The position numbers and the translations under genes were made by a program. A stretch of 64,000 nt of DNA, taken from positions 31,088 through 95,087 of the forward strand of contig JAEZQY010000017.1 of the NCBI GenBank assembly GCA_023441055.1, read 5' to 3'. The notes under the pieces are model-generated. The model was given only the letters and a program-made list of their open reading frames with translations, searched no databases and was not told where the DNA came from. Positions 37,520 to 45,544 of this stretch are shown here, piece after piece. Origin of the DNA: Bacillota bacterium (GTDB lineage Bacteria; Bacillota; Bacilli; Paenibacillales; UBA4045). Numbering within the stretch: position 1 is the stretch's first letter; each line of letters begins with the position of its first letter.

Positions 37520-37790
37520 TCGCCACCTCCAATGTAAACTCGGCATGTAACCTCCCACCCAAGTCCAAGCTGTTGAGTGGACGTACACAACAAAAAAATG
37601 CGGGCAGCAAGTGCCCACATTATTAGCCTCAAATAATCAATACTCTTGTAGAGATAGATCATTAGACCAGCCGACGTTAGTCAGTCAGGTGAGAAGCGGG
37701 CGCCTCTGCTTGAACTACAACAATATACCATGTCGCGCACGCACTGTCAACAACAAACCGCAATCAACAAACCGCAATCAATCCCCCAGC
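37520..37790 (-). promoter_or_regulatory. infC operon leader, probable L20-responsive attenuator
   Basis: About 280 nt untranslated 5' region. Intrinsic terminator TGTGGGCA-cttgc-TGCCCGCA + T7 (37592-37619, minus) lies about 75 nt before the start codon, as in the Firmicute L20 leader. Confidence 0.5.
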
Positions 37791-37797
37791 CACTCCG

Positions 37798-38508
37798 CTA
37801 TTCCCGCGATTGCTTCAGCTGCTCGCGATGCGCCTCCAGCACCTTGTCGCCAATGACAACCTCACAGCGATGGATCGGCATCCCCTGGGCGGCGAACTTC
37901 GCTTCATACTCAGTCATCACATGATCGGGATGCGGTCCTTCTGCATGTAGATTCAGTGAGATATTGCGCATGCGCAGCTCCTCGTCCGCGAACACATTCA
38001 GCGAATATTCGAATAAGCTGACCGAATCCGTCTTCAGATGAATCTCACCGTTATCATTGAGCGCAGTCTTGTACTTCTCGAGGAAGCGTGGATGCGTCAG
38101 TCTGCGGCGAGTATGCCGGGCCTTCGGCCATGGATCGCTGAAATTCAAGAAGATGCGATCGATCTCCGACTCCTCGAACATCTCCTCGAGATGCTCAATA
38201 TTGTATCTCACCAGAGCCAGATTGCTCGGTGCCGATTCATGCTCCTCCTGCCAGACGCCGCGCGCCTTCTCGCTCGCCCGGCGCACCAGCTCGTCATAGC
38301 GGTCAACGCCGATGAAATTAATATCCGGGTAACGGGCACTCATCCTGCTGATGAAGATCCCCTTGCCCATGCCCAGCTCCACATGAATCGGGTTATCATT
38401 CCCGAAGAATGCACGCCACTTCCCTCGATGCTGGCCCGGTTCCAGCACAACCAGCTCCGGTTGCCCCTCCAGCGCTTCTAATATGCCTTTCCTGCCTCTA
38501 AGCCTCAT
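37798..38508 (-). CDS. trmB: tRNA (guanine-N7)-methyltransferase
   Basis: ORF trimmed to MRLRGRKG (RBS GGAGG + 8 nt). Motifs HVELGMGKG and IFLNFSDPWPKARHTRRRL. Confidence 0.85.
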   Translation of the reverse strand: MRLRGRKGILEALEGQPELVVLEPGQHRGKWRAFFGNDNPIHVELGMGKGIFISRMSARYPDINFIGVDRYDELVRRASEKARGVWQEEHESAPSNLALVRYNIEHLEEMFEESEIDRIFLNFSDPWPKARHTRRRLTHPRFLEKYKTALNDNGEIHLKTDSVSLFEYSLNVFADEELRMRNISLNLHAEGPHPDHVMTEYEAKFAAQGMPIHRCEVVIGDKVLEAHREQLKQSRE

Positions 38509-38602
38509 GATTACTGCCTCCAACTATCCGATATGAAGGCTGAGCCTACGCCCTAGCCCCTCATCTATTGTGCATAATCGCCGTACGAATGTAAATACAT
38601 GT

Positions 38603-38926
38603 TCACGCTCCGAGCTCGCGATCGATAATGGTCTGATACACAACAGGTGGTCGCAGCCCCACCAGCTTGTCCACAGCTACGCCATCCTTGAAAATAACCA
38701 CAGTAGGCATCGACATCACGCCATACTGACCTGCAATCTCTGGTGATTCATCGCAATCGACCTGCAAGATCGAGATGCGATCGCCATAGCACTCATCCAG
38801 ATAAGTCAGAATGGGCTTCAGCTGCTTGCACGGCGCGCACCAAGGAGCCCCGAACTCGACCAGCGCTACCCCTTGCCGTTCAATTGCAGATTTGAATTGT
38901 GACGCTCCTACCTCTTGCATACTCAT
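38603..38926 (-). CDS. Thioredoxin
   Basis: ORF trimmed to MSMQEVGASQF (RBS GAGAGGAGA). Active site WCAPCK, plus MPTVVIFKDG. Confidence 0.85.
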   Translation of the reverse strand: MSMQEVGASQFKSAIERQGVALVEFGAPWCAPCKQLKPILTYLDECYGDRISILQVDCDESPEIAGQYGVMSMPTVVIFKDGVAVDKLVGLRPPVVYQTIIDRELGA

Positions 38927-38942
38927 TCGCTTATCTCCTCTC

Positions 38943-38976
38943 AAATAAAACTCCTCCCGCAATATACGGAAGGAGT
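38943..38976 (-). terminator. Rho-independent terminator after the 58-aa ORF
   Basis: ACTCCTTCCG-tatatt-GCGGGAGGAGT followed by TTTATTTG on the minus strand. Confidence 0.6.
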
Positions 38977-38988
38977 ACGAATTATGCT

Positions 38989-39165
38989 TCATTGCAGATT
39001 AATGGCTCGCAGCTTCTCATCAACCGAATCCTTGATCTTCTTGCGAGCATCGAGCGCTGACTCATGGTCAGCATGGAAGCGGACACCAGTAAGCGCCATT
39101 GCTTCCTTAACAGACAATTCAATCGTGATCTTCTCTTCCGCTTGCGGAATCAGAACATTATTCAT
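38989..39165 (-). CDS. Small hypothetical protein (58 aa), below the ORF-track cutoff
   Basis: GAGGTGAT RBS sits 5 nt before ATG 39165. Translates MNNVLIPQAEEKITIELSVKEAMALTGVRFHADHESALDARKKIKDSVDEKLRAINLQ. Followed by its own terminator. Confidence 0.45.
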   Translation of the reverse strand: MNNVLIPQAEEKITIELSVKEAMALTGVRFHADHESALDARKKIKDSVDEKLRAINLQ

Positions 39166-39413
39166 TGCGGATCACCTCATCATTGGAATATCACCGTATT
39201 GCCATCTCCAAGATCTGTCTGCGTCTACACACCTAATAATAACATGTCGTGTCAGGTTTTACAATAGGAAATCCTTTAATGACAAGGGATTTCGAGGTTT
39301 TATTTTATTCGAATAATCGACATGTCGACATCCGCTATCGGGCATTTTCAATCCCACCCAATTTCAGTTACAATAGAATACGATTCTGACTTATTGATAA
39401 GGGAGAGCTTGCC

Positions 39414-40364
39414 ATGCTCCATGCTTCACCGATTACCCAACCCCTCCTATGGGGGAACAAGCGTTTTCATACATGGAATTATGAGATGAGAGAGCAGTTC
39501 AACACCAAGGTGTTCAAGGTGATGCTGGACGCCGGCTTCACCTGCCCGAATCGGGACGGATCGATTGCGAAGGGCGGCTGCACCTTCTGCAGCGCGAGAG
39601 GCTCCGGCGACTTCGCTGGCAGCAGACGCGATGATCTGGTCACCCAGTTCAACACGATACGCGATCGTCAGCATCAGAAGTGGCCTGAAGCGCAATATAT
39701 CGGCTACTTCCAGGCTTATACGAATACGTACGCGCCTGTCGAGGAGCTGCGGGAATACTATGAAGAGATACTAGCGCAACCCGGTGTTGTCGGCCTATCC
39801 ATCGCGACGCGTCCCGACTGTCTGCCGGATGATGTCGTAGCGTATCTCGCAGAGCTGAATACCCGTACGTATCTGTGGGTGGAGATGGGCCTACAGACGA
39901 TTCATGAGTCGACCTCAACGTTGATCAACCGCGCGCATGACAGCGAGTGTTACCGGGATGCTGTCACCAGATTGCGAGCCCATGGCATTCGTGTCTGCAC
40001 GCATATCATCCACGGCCTTCCCCAAGAGACACATGAGATGATGCTGGACACGGTGCGCGCAGTAGCAGATATGGACGTCCAAGGGATCAAAATACACCTC
40101 CTCCATCTCATGCGCAAGACGCCGATGGTCAAGCAATATGAAGCCGGCCTATTACGCTTCTTGGAGAAGGATGAATATGTTGAGCTTATTGTGGATTCGC
40201 TAGAGCTGCTGCCGCCAGAGATGATCGTTCATCGTCTAACAGGGGACGCGCCGAGGGATCTGCTTATCGGACCGATGTGGAGTCTCAAGAAGTGGGAGGT
40301 GCTCAATGCGATCGATGCTGAGCTCGCACGCAGAGACACCTGGCAGGGCAAGAAGCGGGGGTGA
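39414..40364 (+). CDS. TIGR01212-family radical SAM protein (YtqA-like)
   Basis: 316 aa with TCPNRDGSIAKGGCTFCS, a cluster typical of this family. Confidence 0.85.
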   Translation: MLHASPITQPLLWGNKRFHTWNYEMREQFNTKVFKVMLDAGFTCPNRDGSIAKGGCTFCSARGSGDFAGSRRDDLVTQFNTIRDRQHQKWPEAQYIGYFQAYTNTYAPVEELREYYEEILAQPGVVGLSIATRPDCLPDDVVAYLAELNTRTYLWVEMGLQTIHESTSTLINRAHDSECYRDAVTRLRAHGIRVCTHIIHGLPQETHEMMLDTVRAVADMDVQGIKIHLLHLMRKTPMVKQYEAGLLRFLEKDEYVELIVDSLELLPPEMIVHRLTGDAPRDLLIGPMWSLKKWEVLNAIDAELARRDTWQGKKRG

Positions 40365-40373
40365 GTAGGCGTC

Positions 40374-40958
40374 ATGGGATTCTTATCAGTGATCAGCTAT
40401 GCGCATAAGCTTGTGCAAGAGCGCGTTCAATCTGGGGATTGTGTGATCGATGCAACGGTCGGCGGGGGGAATGACACGCTGTTCCTCGCTCGAGCAGTCG
40501 GACCTAAGGGACAGGTATACGGCTTCGACATTCAGGCGGAGGCACTGGATCGAGCAAGGTCGCGGATCATCGGAGAGCTGGGCGAACCACGTGTAACTGG
40601 GCATATTCGTCTGATCCATCAGAGTCACGCGGATATAGCTGCGGTCTTGCCGTCAGAGCAGCACGGCAAGGTTGCCGCTGTGATGTTCAACCTGGGCTAT
40701 CTGCCAGGCGGCGACCAATCTCTGATTACCGAGACCGAGAGCACACTGGACGCGCTGCAGGCCTCGCTCCACTTGCTTCGGCCGGGCGGAATCGTCACCA
40801 TTGTCGTCTACCCTGGGCATCCCGGCGGCGATGTCGAAGCGGAAGCGGTCACTGAATGGTCGGCGGCACTGGAGCAACGCGCTTATCAGACACTGCTCTA
40901 CCGTTTCGCCAATGTGCGGTCAGCGGCCCCCTATCTGATCGCCATCGAGAAGCGCTAG
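40374..40958 (+). CDS. Class I SAM-dependent methyltransferase (YtqB-like)
   Basis: 194 aa with VIDATVGGGNDTLFLA and FNLGYLPGGD. Confidence 0.8.
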   Translation: MGFLSVISYAHKLVQERVQSGDCVIDATVGGGNDTLFLARAVGPKGQVYGFDIQAEALDRARSRIIGELGEPRVTGHIRLIHQSHADIAAVLPSEQHGKVAAVMFNLGYLPGGDQSLITETESTLDALQASLHLLRPGGIVTIVVYPGHPGGDVEAEAVTEWSAALEQRAYQTLLYRFANVRSAAPYLIAIEKR

Positions 40959-40983
40959 CCCCTATACAGCGCGAGAGGCTTAG

Positions 40984-41175
40984 TTCAAATCCTTTACACT
41001 ATTTCAGCATTGGGAGCCGAATTATCGAGAATAAGTGAAATCCTTTAAGCTATTCTGCACGAAAATCATTAATTCCGCCCCAAACTGCTTATTTCCAAGA
41101 AAATAGTTAAACATATTTAACTTATCTAGCCGAATTTGGACAGAAAATTGATTTTAGTTTAAAGGATTTCACTTA
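40984..41175. repeat. 51-bp-period repeat locus (L3) containing a 144-bp segment bounded by perfect 17-bp inverted repeats
   Basis: aaatccttta occurs at 40987 and 41038 (51 bp apart). taagtgaaatcctttaa (41032-41048) is the exact reverse complement of ttaaaggatttcactta (41159-41175). Confidence 0.7.
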
Positions 41176-41242
41176 AGCGCATAGCTGTACACGCCATAGT
41201 GAAATAGGATCTCATACATAATATAGAGGAGTGTTTCGAATA

Positions 41243-42211
41243 ATGAAGCCTTATCCATTGAAGTTTAAACCTGAGCTGCAAGAACGCGTCTGGGGCGGTC
41301 AAGCACTGGCTCAATTCGGATTGCCGCTGCCAGAGGGCGCGGCAATCGGAGAAGCTTGGACCATCGGGGATCATCCCAATGGGACGACCACCGTCACCAA
41401 TGGAGAGCTTGCCGGCATCGGATTAGACGAGGTGCGCAAGCGCTACGGGACCGAATGGTTCGGCAAGAAGTTCGCCAAGAGCAAGAACGGCCGCTTCCCG
41501 CTGCTGATCAAGCTGCTGGATTGCAATGATGATCTGTCCGTACAGGTGCATCCAACTGATGATTATACCCAGCTGCCGGCGGGTGAATTAGGCAAGACCG
41601 AGATGTGGGTCGTCCTGGATGCCGATCCCGGCGCGAAGATCATCTACGGACTTAAGAACGGCATGAATCGGGACAAGCTGGAACGCGCCATCTCGGAGAA
41701 GAAGATCATGGACTGTCTGCAGGAGGTCACCGTGGAGCCAGGCGATGTGTTCTTCATTCCAGCAGGCACGGTCCATGCCCTCTGTGCAGGCGTTCTCGTA
41801 GCGGAGATTCAGCAGAACTCTGATACGACCTATCGACTCTACGATTATGACCGACCCGGCTTGGACTGCAAGCCGCGGGAGCTGCATATTCAGGATTCTC
41901 TGAATGTGACGAACTATGACAATGCCGGCGCGAAGCGAGGCAAGTCAACGATAACGAGAACGAACCAATGGGCGGAGCTGGCTCGTTGTGATTATTTTGT
42001 CACGAAGAAAGCAGTTGTCAGTCGACAATGGACGCAAGCCACCCATCCAGACACCTTCTCTATCCTGATTGTAGCAGGCGGCAGCGGCTCGATCCGTTGG
42101 GCGGACGATGCATTGACACTGAAGAATGGCGATTGCATCCTGCTGCCAGCAACACTTGGTGAATATACACTGGAAGGCAATATGGATCTGATTCACAGCA
42201 CATTGCCATAA
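41243..42211 (+). CDS. manA: Mannose-6-phosphate isomerase, class I
   Basis: ORF trimmed to MKPYPLKFKPELQERVWGG. Cupin motifs LSVQVHP and FIPAGTVHAL. Confidence 0.85.
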   Translation: MKPYPLKFKPELQERVWGGQALAQFGLPLPEGAAIGEAWTIGDHPNGTTTVTNGELAGIGLDEVRKRYGTEWFGKKFAKSKNGRFPLLIKLLDCNDDLSVQVHPTDDYTQLPAGELGKTEMWVVLDADPGAKIIYGLKNGMNRDKLERAISEKKIMDCLQEVTVEPGDVFFIPAGTVHALCAGVLVAEIQQNSDTTYRLYDYDRPGLDCKPRELHIQDSLNVTNYDNAGAKRGKSTITRTNQWAELARCDYFVTKKAVVSRQWTQATHPDTFSILIVAGGSGSIRWADDALTLKNGDCILLPATLGEYTLEGNMDLIHSTLP

Positions 42212-42249
42212 GGGTAGGCATCAGGAATTGTGACAGCTTTGTGTCTTAT

Positions 42250-42264
42250 TTAGAATAATTCTAA
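42250..42264. promoter_or_regulatory. Perfect 7-1-7 Fur-family box, PerR-like
   Basis: TTAGAATAATTCTAA compared with the B. subtilis PerR box TTATAATNATTATAA. Lies 80 nt upstream of the peroxiredoxin start. Confidence 0.5.
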
Positions 42265-42343
42265 TCTGGCTTGAATTTGATCATTTGGATATGTTACCAT
42301 TTAAGATGTCATGTACAAGATAAATACAAGGAGGAGACTAACC

Positions 42344-42910
42344 ATGACAGTAGCAACACTCGAAAAAACATCCGCAACTAGACTAGTAGGCAAGCCTGCA
42401 CCAAACTTCACAATGGAAACCGCACTGGGAGACGGCGTGAACTTCGGAACCGCTTCACTCGCAGATTATCGCGGCAAGTGGTTAGTATTGTTCTTCTATC
42501 CACTCGACTTTACCTTCGTGTGCCCGACTGAAATTACCGCACTGAGCGATTCCGCGGCGATCTTCAGCGACCTCGACACCGAAATTCTGGGTGTGAGCAC
42601 AGATAGTAAATTCTCGCACCGCGCTTGGATCAATACGCCTAAGGATGCTAATGGACTGGGCAAGCTGAACTTCCCGCTCGCCGCTGACCTGACTCATCAA
42701 GTCAGCAAGGACTATGGCGTGTATATTGAAGACGAAGGTGTCGCGCTTCGTGGATTGTTCATTATCGATCCTGAAGGCGAACTGAAGTACCAAGTAGTGA
42801 ATCATAACGATGTAGGCCGCAGTGTTGATGAGACCCTGCGCGTACTGCAGGCTCTACAATCCGGCGGACTCTGCGCGGCAAACTGGACCCCTGGCGACGA
42901 AAACCTATAA
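42344..42910 (+). CDS. 2-Cys peroxiredoxin (AhpC/Prx1 type)
   Basis: ORF trimmed to MTVATLEK (RBS AAGGAGGAG). FFYPLDFTFVCPTEI peroxidatic Cys motif and a C-terminal resolving Cys (GGLCAANW). Confidence 0.9.
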   Translation: MTVATLEKTSATRLVGKPAPNFTMETALGDGVNFGTASLADYRGKWLVLFFYPLDFTFVCPTEITALSDSAAIFSDLDTEILGVSTDSKFSHRAWINTPKDANGLGKLNFPLAADLTHQVSKDYGVYIEDEGVALRGLFIIDPEGELKYQVVNHNDVGRSVDETLRVLQALQSGGLCAANWTPGDENL

Positions 42911-42941
42911 TTAAACTCGCATCAGGTAAGGAGGGAGATCC

Positions 42942-44273
42942 ATGCAGCCAGAAGTAACGATCTATACGAGCACGGGATGCCCGCACTGCCTTAAGGTCAA
43001 GGAGCAGCTCCAGGCATGGCAGATCCCGTATACAGAGAAGAATGTTTCAACGAACAAGCAGTACTTCGATGAACTGAAGGAGCGCAAGCTGTTCGGCACA
43101 CCGGCTACCTTCATCGGACAGCGTTTCGTGCTGGGCTTTCAGCCTGAGAAGATGCGTAATCTGTTAGGCGACGCGATTCGTGAGGACGACACAAGCGAAA
43201 GTGTGGCTTCCGATACGGCAGCAGGCGTGGCTTCTGACACGACGGCTAGCGTGGCTTCGGACACAACATCTTCAGCAGCGAAGCCATCCGACACCAAGAG
43301 CTTGTTCAGACAAGCCCCGAATGAATTATTCGACGACGTGCATGACTTTGTTGTCGTCGGCGGCGGCCCGGCGGGCGCATCCGCAGCAGTCTATGCTGCA
43401 CGCGGTCGGCTGTCAACTGTCGTAATCGACAAGGCACCGCAAGCAGGTACACTGGCAATCACGCATAAGATTGCGAACTATCCTGGTGTTCGAGGTGAAT
43501 TGACCGGTCTAGAGCTGGTAACCGAGATGCAGCAGCAAGCCGCCGACTTCGGCGCGCAGCTCATTCGCTCACAGGTGCTGTCCGTCGACTTCTCCGATCC
43601 TGAGATCAAGAAGCTCGAGCTGCCTGAAGGCACACTGCGTGCGCGCAGCGTCTTCATCGGCGTAGGCGCCAAGGCGCCCGGCGGCAAGATTGCCGGCGAA
43701 GAGGAGTTTACAGGCCGCGGTGTGAGCTACTGCACCACATGCGATGCTGCATTCTTCGAGGATCGCAAGGTAGTAGTAGCAGGTGACAGCGAGGAGGCCG
43801 TTCACGAAGCGGAATCGCTGGCGAAGTTCTGCCAAGAGGTACGGTTATTAGTACCGTTGGCGAAGTTTAAGGGCGAGGTCGATCTAAGTGGATTAGAAGC
43901 GATGCCTAATGTGAAGATCCTCTACAAGCACAAGGTGCTACAGGTCGAGGGCGATAACGCAGTCGAGCGTGTGGTCATTCAGAATGACCGGCGAGAGACT
44001 GAGACCTGGGAGACGGACGGCGTATTCCTGTATCTGGCGGGACTTAAACCGGGGACAGATTTCTTGAAGGATGCGGTCAAGCGTGACGAAGAAGGCTATG
44101 TCATCGTCAATGACGAGCTGCAGTCCAGCGTTCCTGGCGTATTCGCCGGAGGCGACGCGCGTCGCACCATCGCCAAGCAGGCTGTCGTATCCGCTGCCGA
44201 TGGTTGTATCGCTGCGCTCGGCGCTGATAAATTTATCAATAACCGTAGTGTGTATCGTGTACAGTACAGCTAA
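42942..44273 (+). CDS. Glutaredoxin/NrdH-like domain fused to a low-Mr thioredoxin-reductase-like flavoprotein
   Basis: N-terminal VTIYTSTGCPHCLKVKEQL, a repetitive Ser/Thr/Ala linker, then VVVGGGPAGASAAVYAAR (FAD) and redox-active YCTTCDAAFF. Confidence 0.8.
   Translation: MQPEVTIYTSTGCPHCLKVKEQLQAWQIPYTEKNVSTNKQYFDELKERKLFGTPATFIGQRFVLGFQPEKMRNLLGDAIREDDTSESVASDTAAGVASDTTASVASDTTSSAAKPSDTKSLFRQAPNELFDDVHDFVVVGGGPAGASAAVYAARGRLSTVVIDKAPQAGTLAITHKIANYPGVRGELTGLELVTEMQQQAADFGAQLIRSQVLSVDFSDPEIKKLELPEGTLRARSVFIGVGAKAPGGKIAGEEEFTGRGVSYCTTCDAAFFEDRKVVVAGDSEEAVHEAESLAKFCQEVRLLVPLAKFKGEVDLSGLEAMPNVKILYKHKVLQVEGDNAVERVVIQNDRRETETWETDGVFLYLAGLKPGTDFLKDAVKRDEEGYVIVNDELQSSVPGVFAGGDARRTIAKQAVVSAADGCIAALGADKFINNRSVYRVQYS
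43203..43274 (+). repeat. Three tandem 24-bp units encoding (V/S)ASDT(A/T)(A/S)x in the Grx-TrxR linker
   Basis: gtggcttc(c/t/g)ga(t/c)ac(g/a)... occurs at 43203, 43227 and 43251. Confidence 0.85.
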
Positions 44274-44305
44274 TCCAACTCATATTACACGGCACGCATA
44301 CAAGA

Positions 44306-44354
44306 GAACCCTGCGAGGACAAGCTTCATTGTCTCCACAGGGTTCTTTATTGTT
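44306..44354 (+). terminator. Terminator after the prx / grx-trxR operon
   Basis: GAACCCTG ... CAGGGTTC stem followed by TTTATTGTT. Confidence 0.6.
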
Positions 44355-44405
44355 CTATTCGCTTATTATGCTGCTTTACTTATCGTGCCACTCTAGATTA
44401 CTATT

Positions 44406-44792
44406 CTACTTCACTTGCTTCTTCAATAGATCGCGAATTTCAGTTAGCAGCAGCTCTTCCTTAGATGGCGCGGGAGGAGCAGGTGGCGCTTCCTCGATCT
44501 TCTTCTTACGGGATGCTCGATTAACAAGCTTGATGAACAGGAAGATCGATGCCGCAATAATGAAGAAATCAATGACTGCCTGCAGGAACACACCATAAGT
44601 GATCGCTGCATCCTTATACTCGAGCGTCCACTCCGAGAAATTAGTTCCGCCTGTCAATATTCCGATGATCGGCATTAGGATGTCAGCAACTAGCGAGCTA
44701 ACGATCTTCCCGAATGCTCCGCCGATGATGACCGCGACAGCTAGATCCAGCACATTGCCCTTGAAGGCGAACGCCTTAAATTCCTTCCACAT
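44406..44792 (-). CDS. mscL: Large-conductance mechanosensitive channel
   Basis: ORF trimmed to [35 protein letters not shown]. Confidence 0.9.
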   Translation of the reverse strand: MWKEFKAFAFKGNVLDLAVAVIIGGAFGKIVSSLVADILMPIIGILTGGTNFSEWTLEYKDAAITYGVFLQAVIDFFIIAASIFLFIKLVNRASRKKKIEEAPPAPPAPSKEELLLTEIRDLLKKQVK

Positions 44793-44962
44793 GCACACAA
44801 CACTCTCCCAGTTCGAATATAAGTACAAGCCAAGCTTGATTCAGTTTATCATATCTCCCCTAAATGCGCATCACTAAGAATGGAATCTGCAACATTAGCA
44901 AACCCTATTCCCACTACACTACACCCAATATACATCTAACTGACAACGGAGCTGATGCAGAT

Positions 44963-45532
44963 ATGAATGACTATATGCAGCACATCATGACGCATATTGC
45001 AGACTATCGCTTCGAGAGCGCAGAGGAAGCGATGTTCTATTTTACGATATATGCCTTGTCTGGTTGGCTTCTCGAAATCGGGTATCACTGGGTCATCACT
45101 GGACAACTCGGCAAGGATGGATTCATGAAGGGACCCTTCAAGCCGATGTACGGCATTGCGCCTGTTATGCTGTTAGGATTCGTCCGGTCCGAGCTGCATT
45201 GGAGCGTGATGCTGCTCCTATGTCTGATCGTGCCTACCATCATCGAATACGTAAGCGGAGACCTGCTGCAGCGACTATTCCACCGCAGATGGTGGGACTA
45301 TTCCCGGCATCGCATCCAGCTCCACGGGCACATCTGCTTATCCTTCTCGCTGTGCTGGCTCGTCCTCACAGCCTGTGTCTTGATTGGCATACAGCCTGCC
45401 CTACACGCTACCTATCTGTTGATTGCCCACGTATGGAGCTGGACATGGCCAGCAGTCGCCGTCTACTTCTGCGCTGATCTGGCATGGACCGTCAGAAGCA
45501 GACGTCGATTCTCACAGCGAATGCTCTCCTAG
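44963..45532 (+). CDS. Membrane protein of the 'putative ABC-transporter type IV' (PF06541-like) family
   Basis: ORF trimmed to MNDYMQ. Carries GWLLEIGYHWV, GPFKPMYG and RRWWDYS motifs with 4-5 TM. Confidence 0.55.
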   Translation: MNDYMQHIMTHIADYRFESAEEAMFYFTIYALSGWLLEIGYHWVITGQLGKDGFMKGPFKPMYGIAPVMLLGFVRSELHWSVMLLLCLIVPTIIEYVSGDLLQRLFHRRWWDYSRHRIQLHGHICLSFSLCWLVLTACVLIGIQPALHATYLLIAHVWSWTWPAVAVYFCADLAWTVRSRRRFSQRMLS

Positions 45533-45544
45533 GAGAATATGCTC

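Noticed and set aside
37517-37618. The N-terminal extension of the infC ORF (MGTCCPHFFVVYVHSTAW...).
   Set aside because: The extension covers the leader terminator hairpin and is absent from IF-3 homologues. The conserved protein begins at the ATT codon at 37516, behind GGAGGTG.
37751-37780. A 14-bp tandem duplication, caacaaaccgcaat x2, downstream of trmB.
   Set aside because: It is a short, isolated, low-complexity duplication in a promoter-distal spacer. Nothing links it to a function or to the 51-bp family.
38915-39316. A 133-aa plus-strand ORF antisense to the 58-aa gene, ending at the orphan hairpin.
   Set aside because: It has no RBS, starts inside the thioredoxin initiation region, and has a Ser/Leu/Cys/His-rich composition. 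The minus-strand 58-aa ORF has the RBS and terminator.
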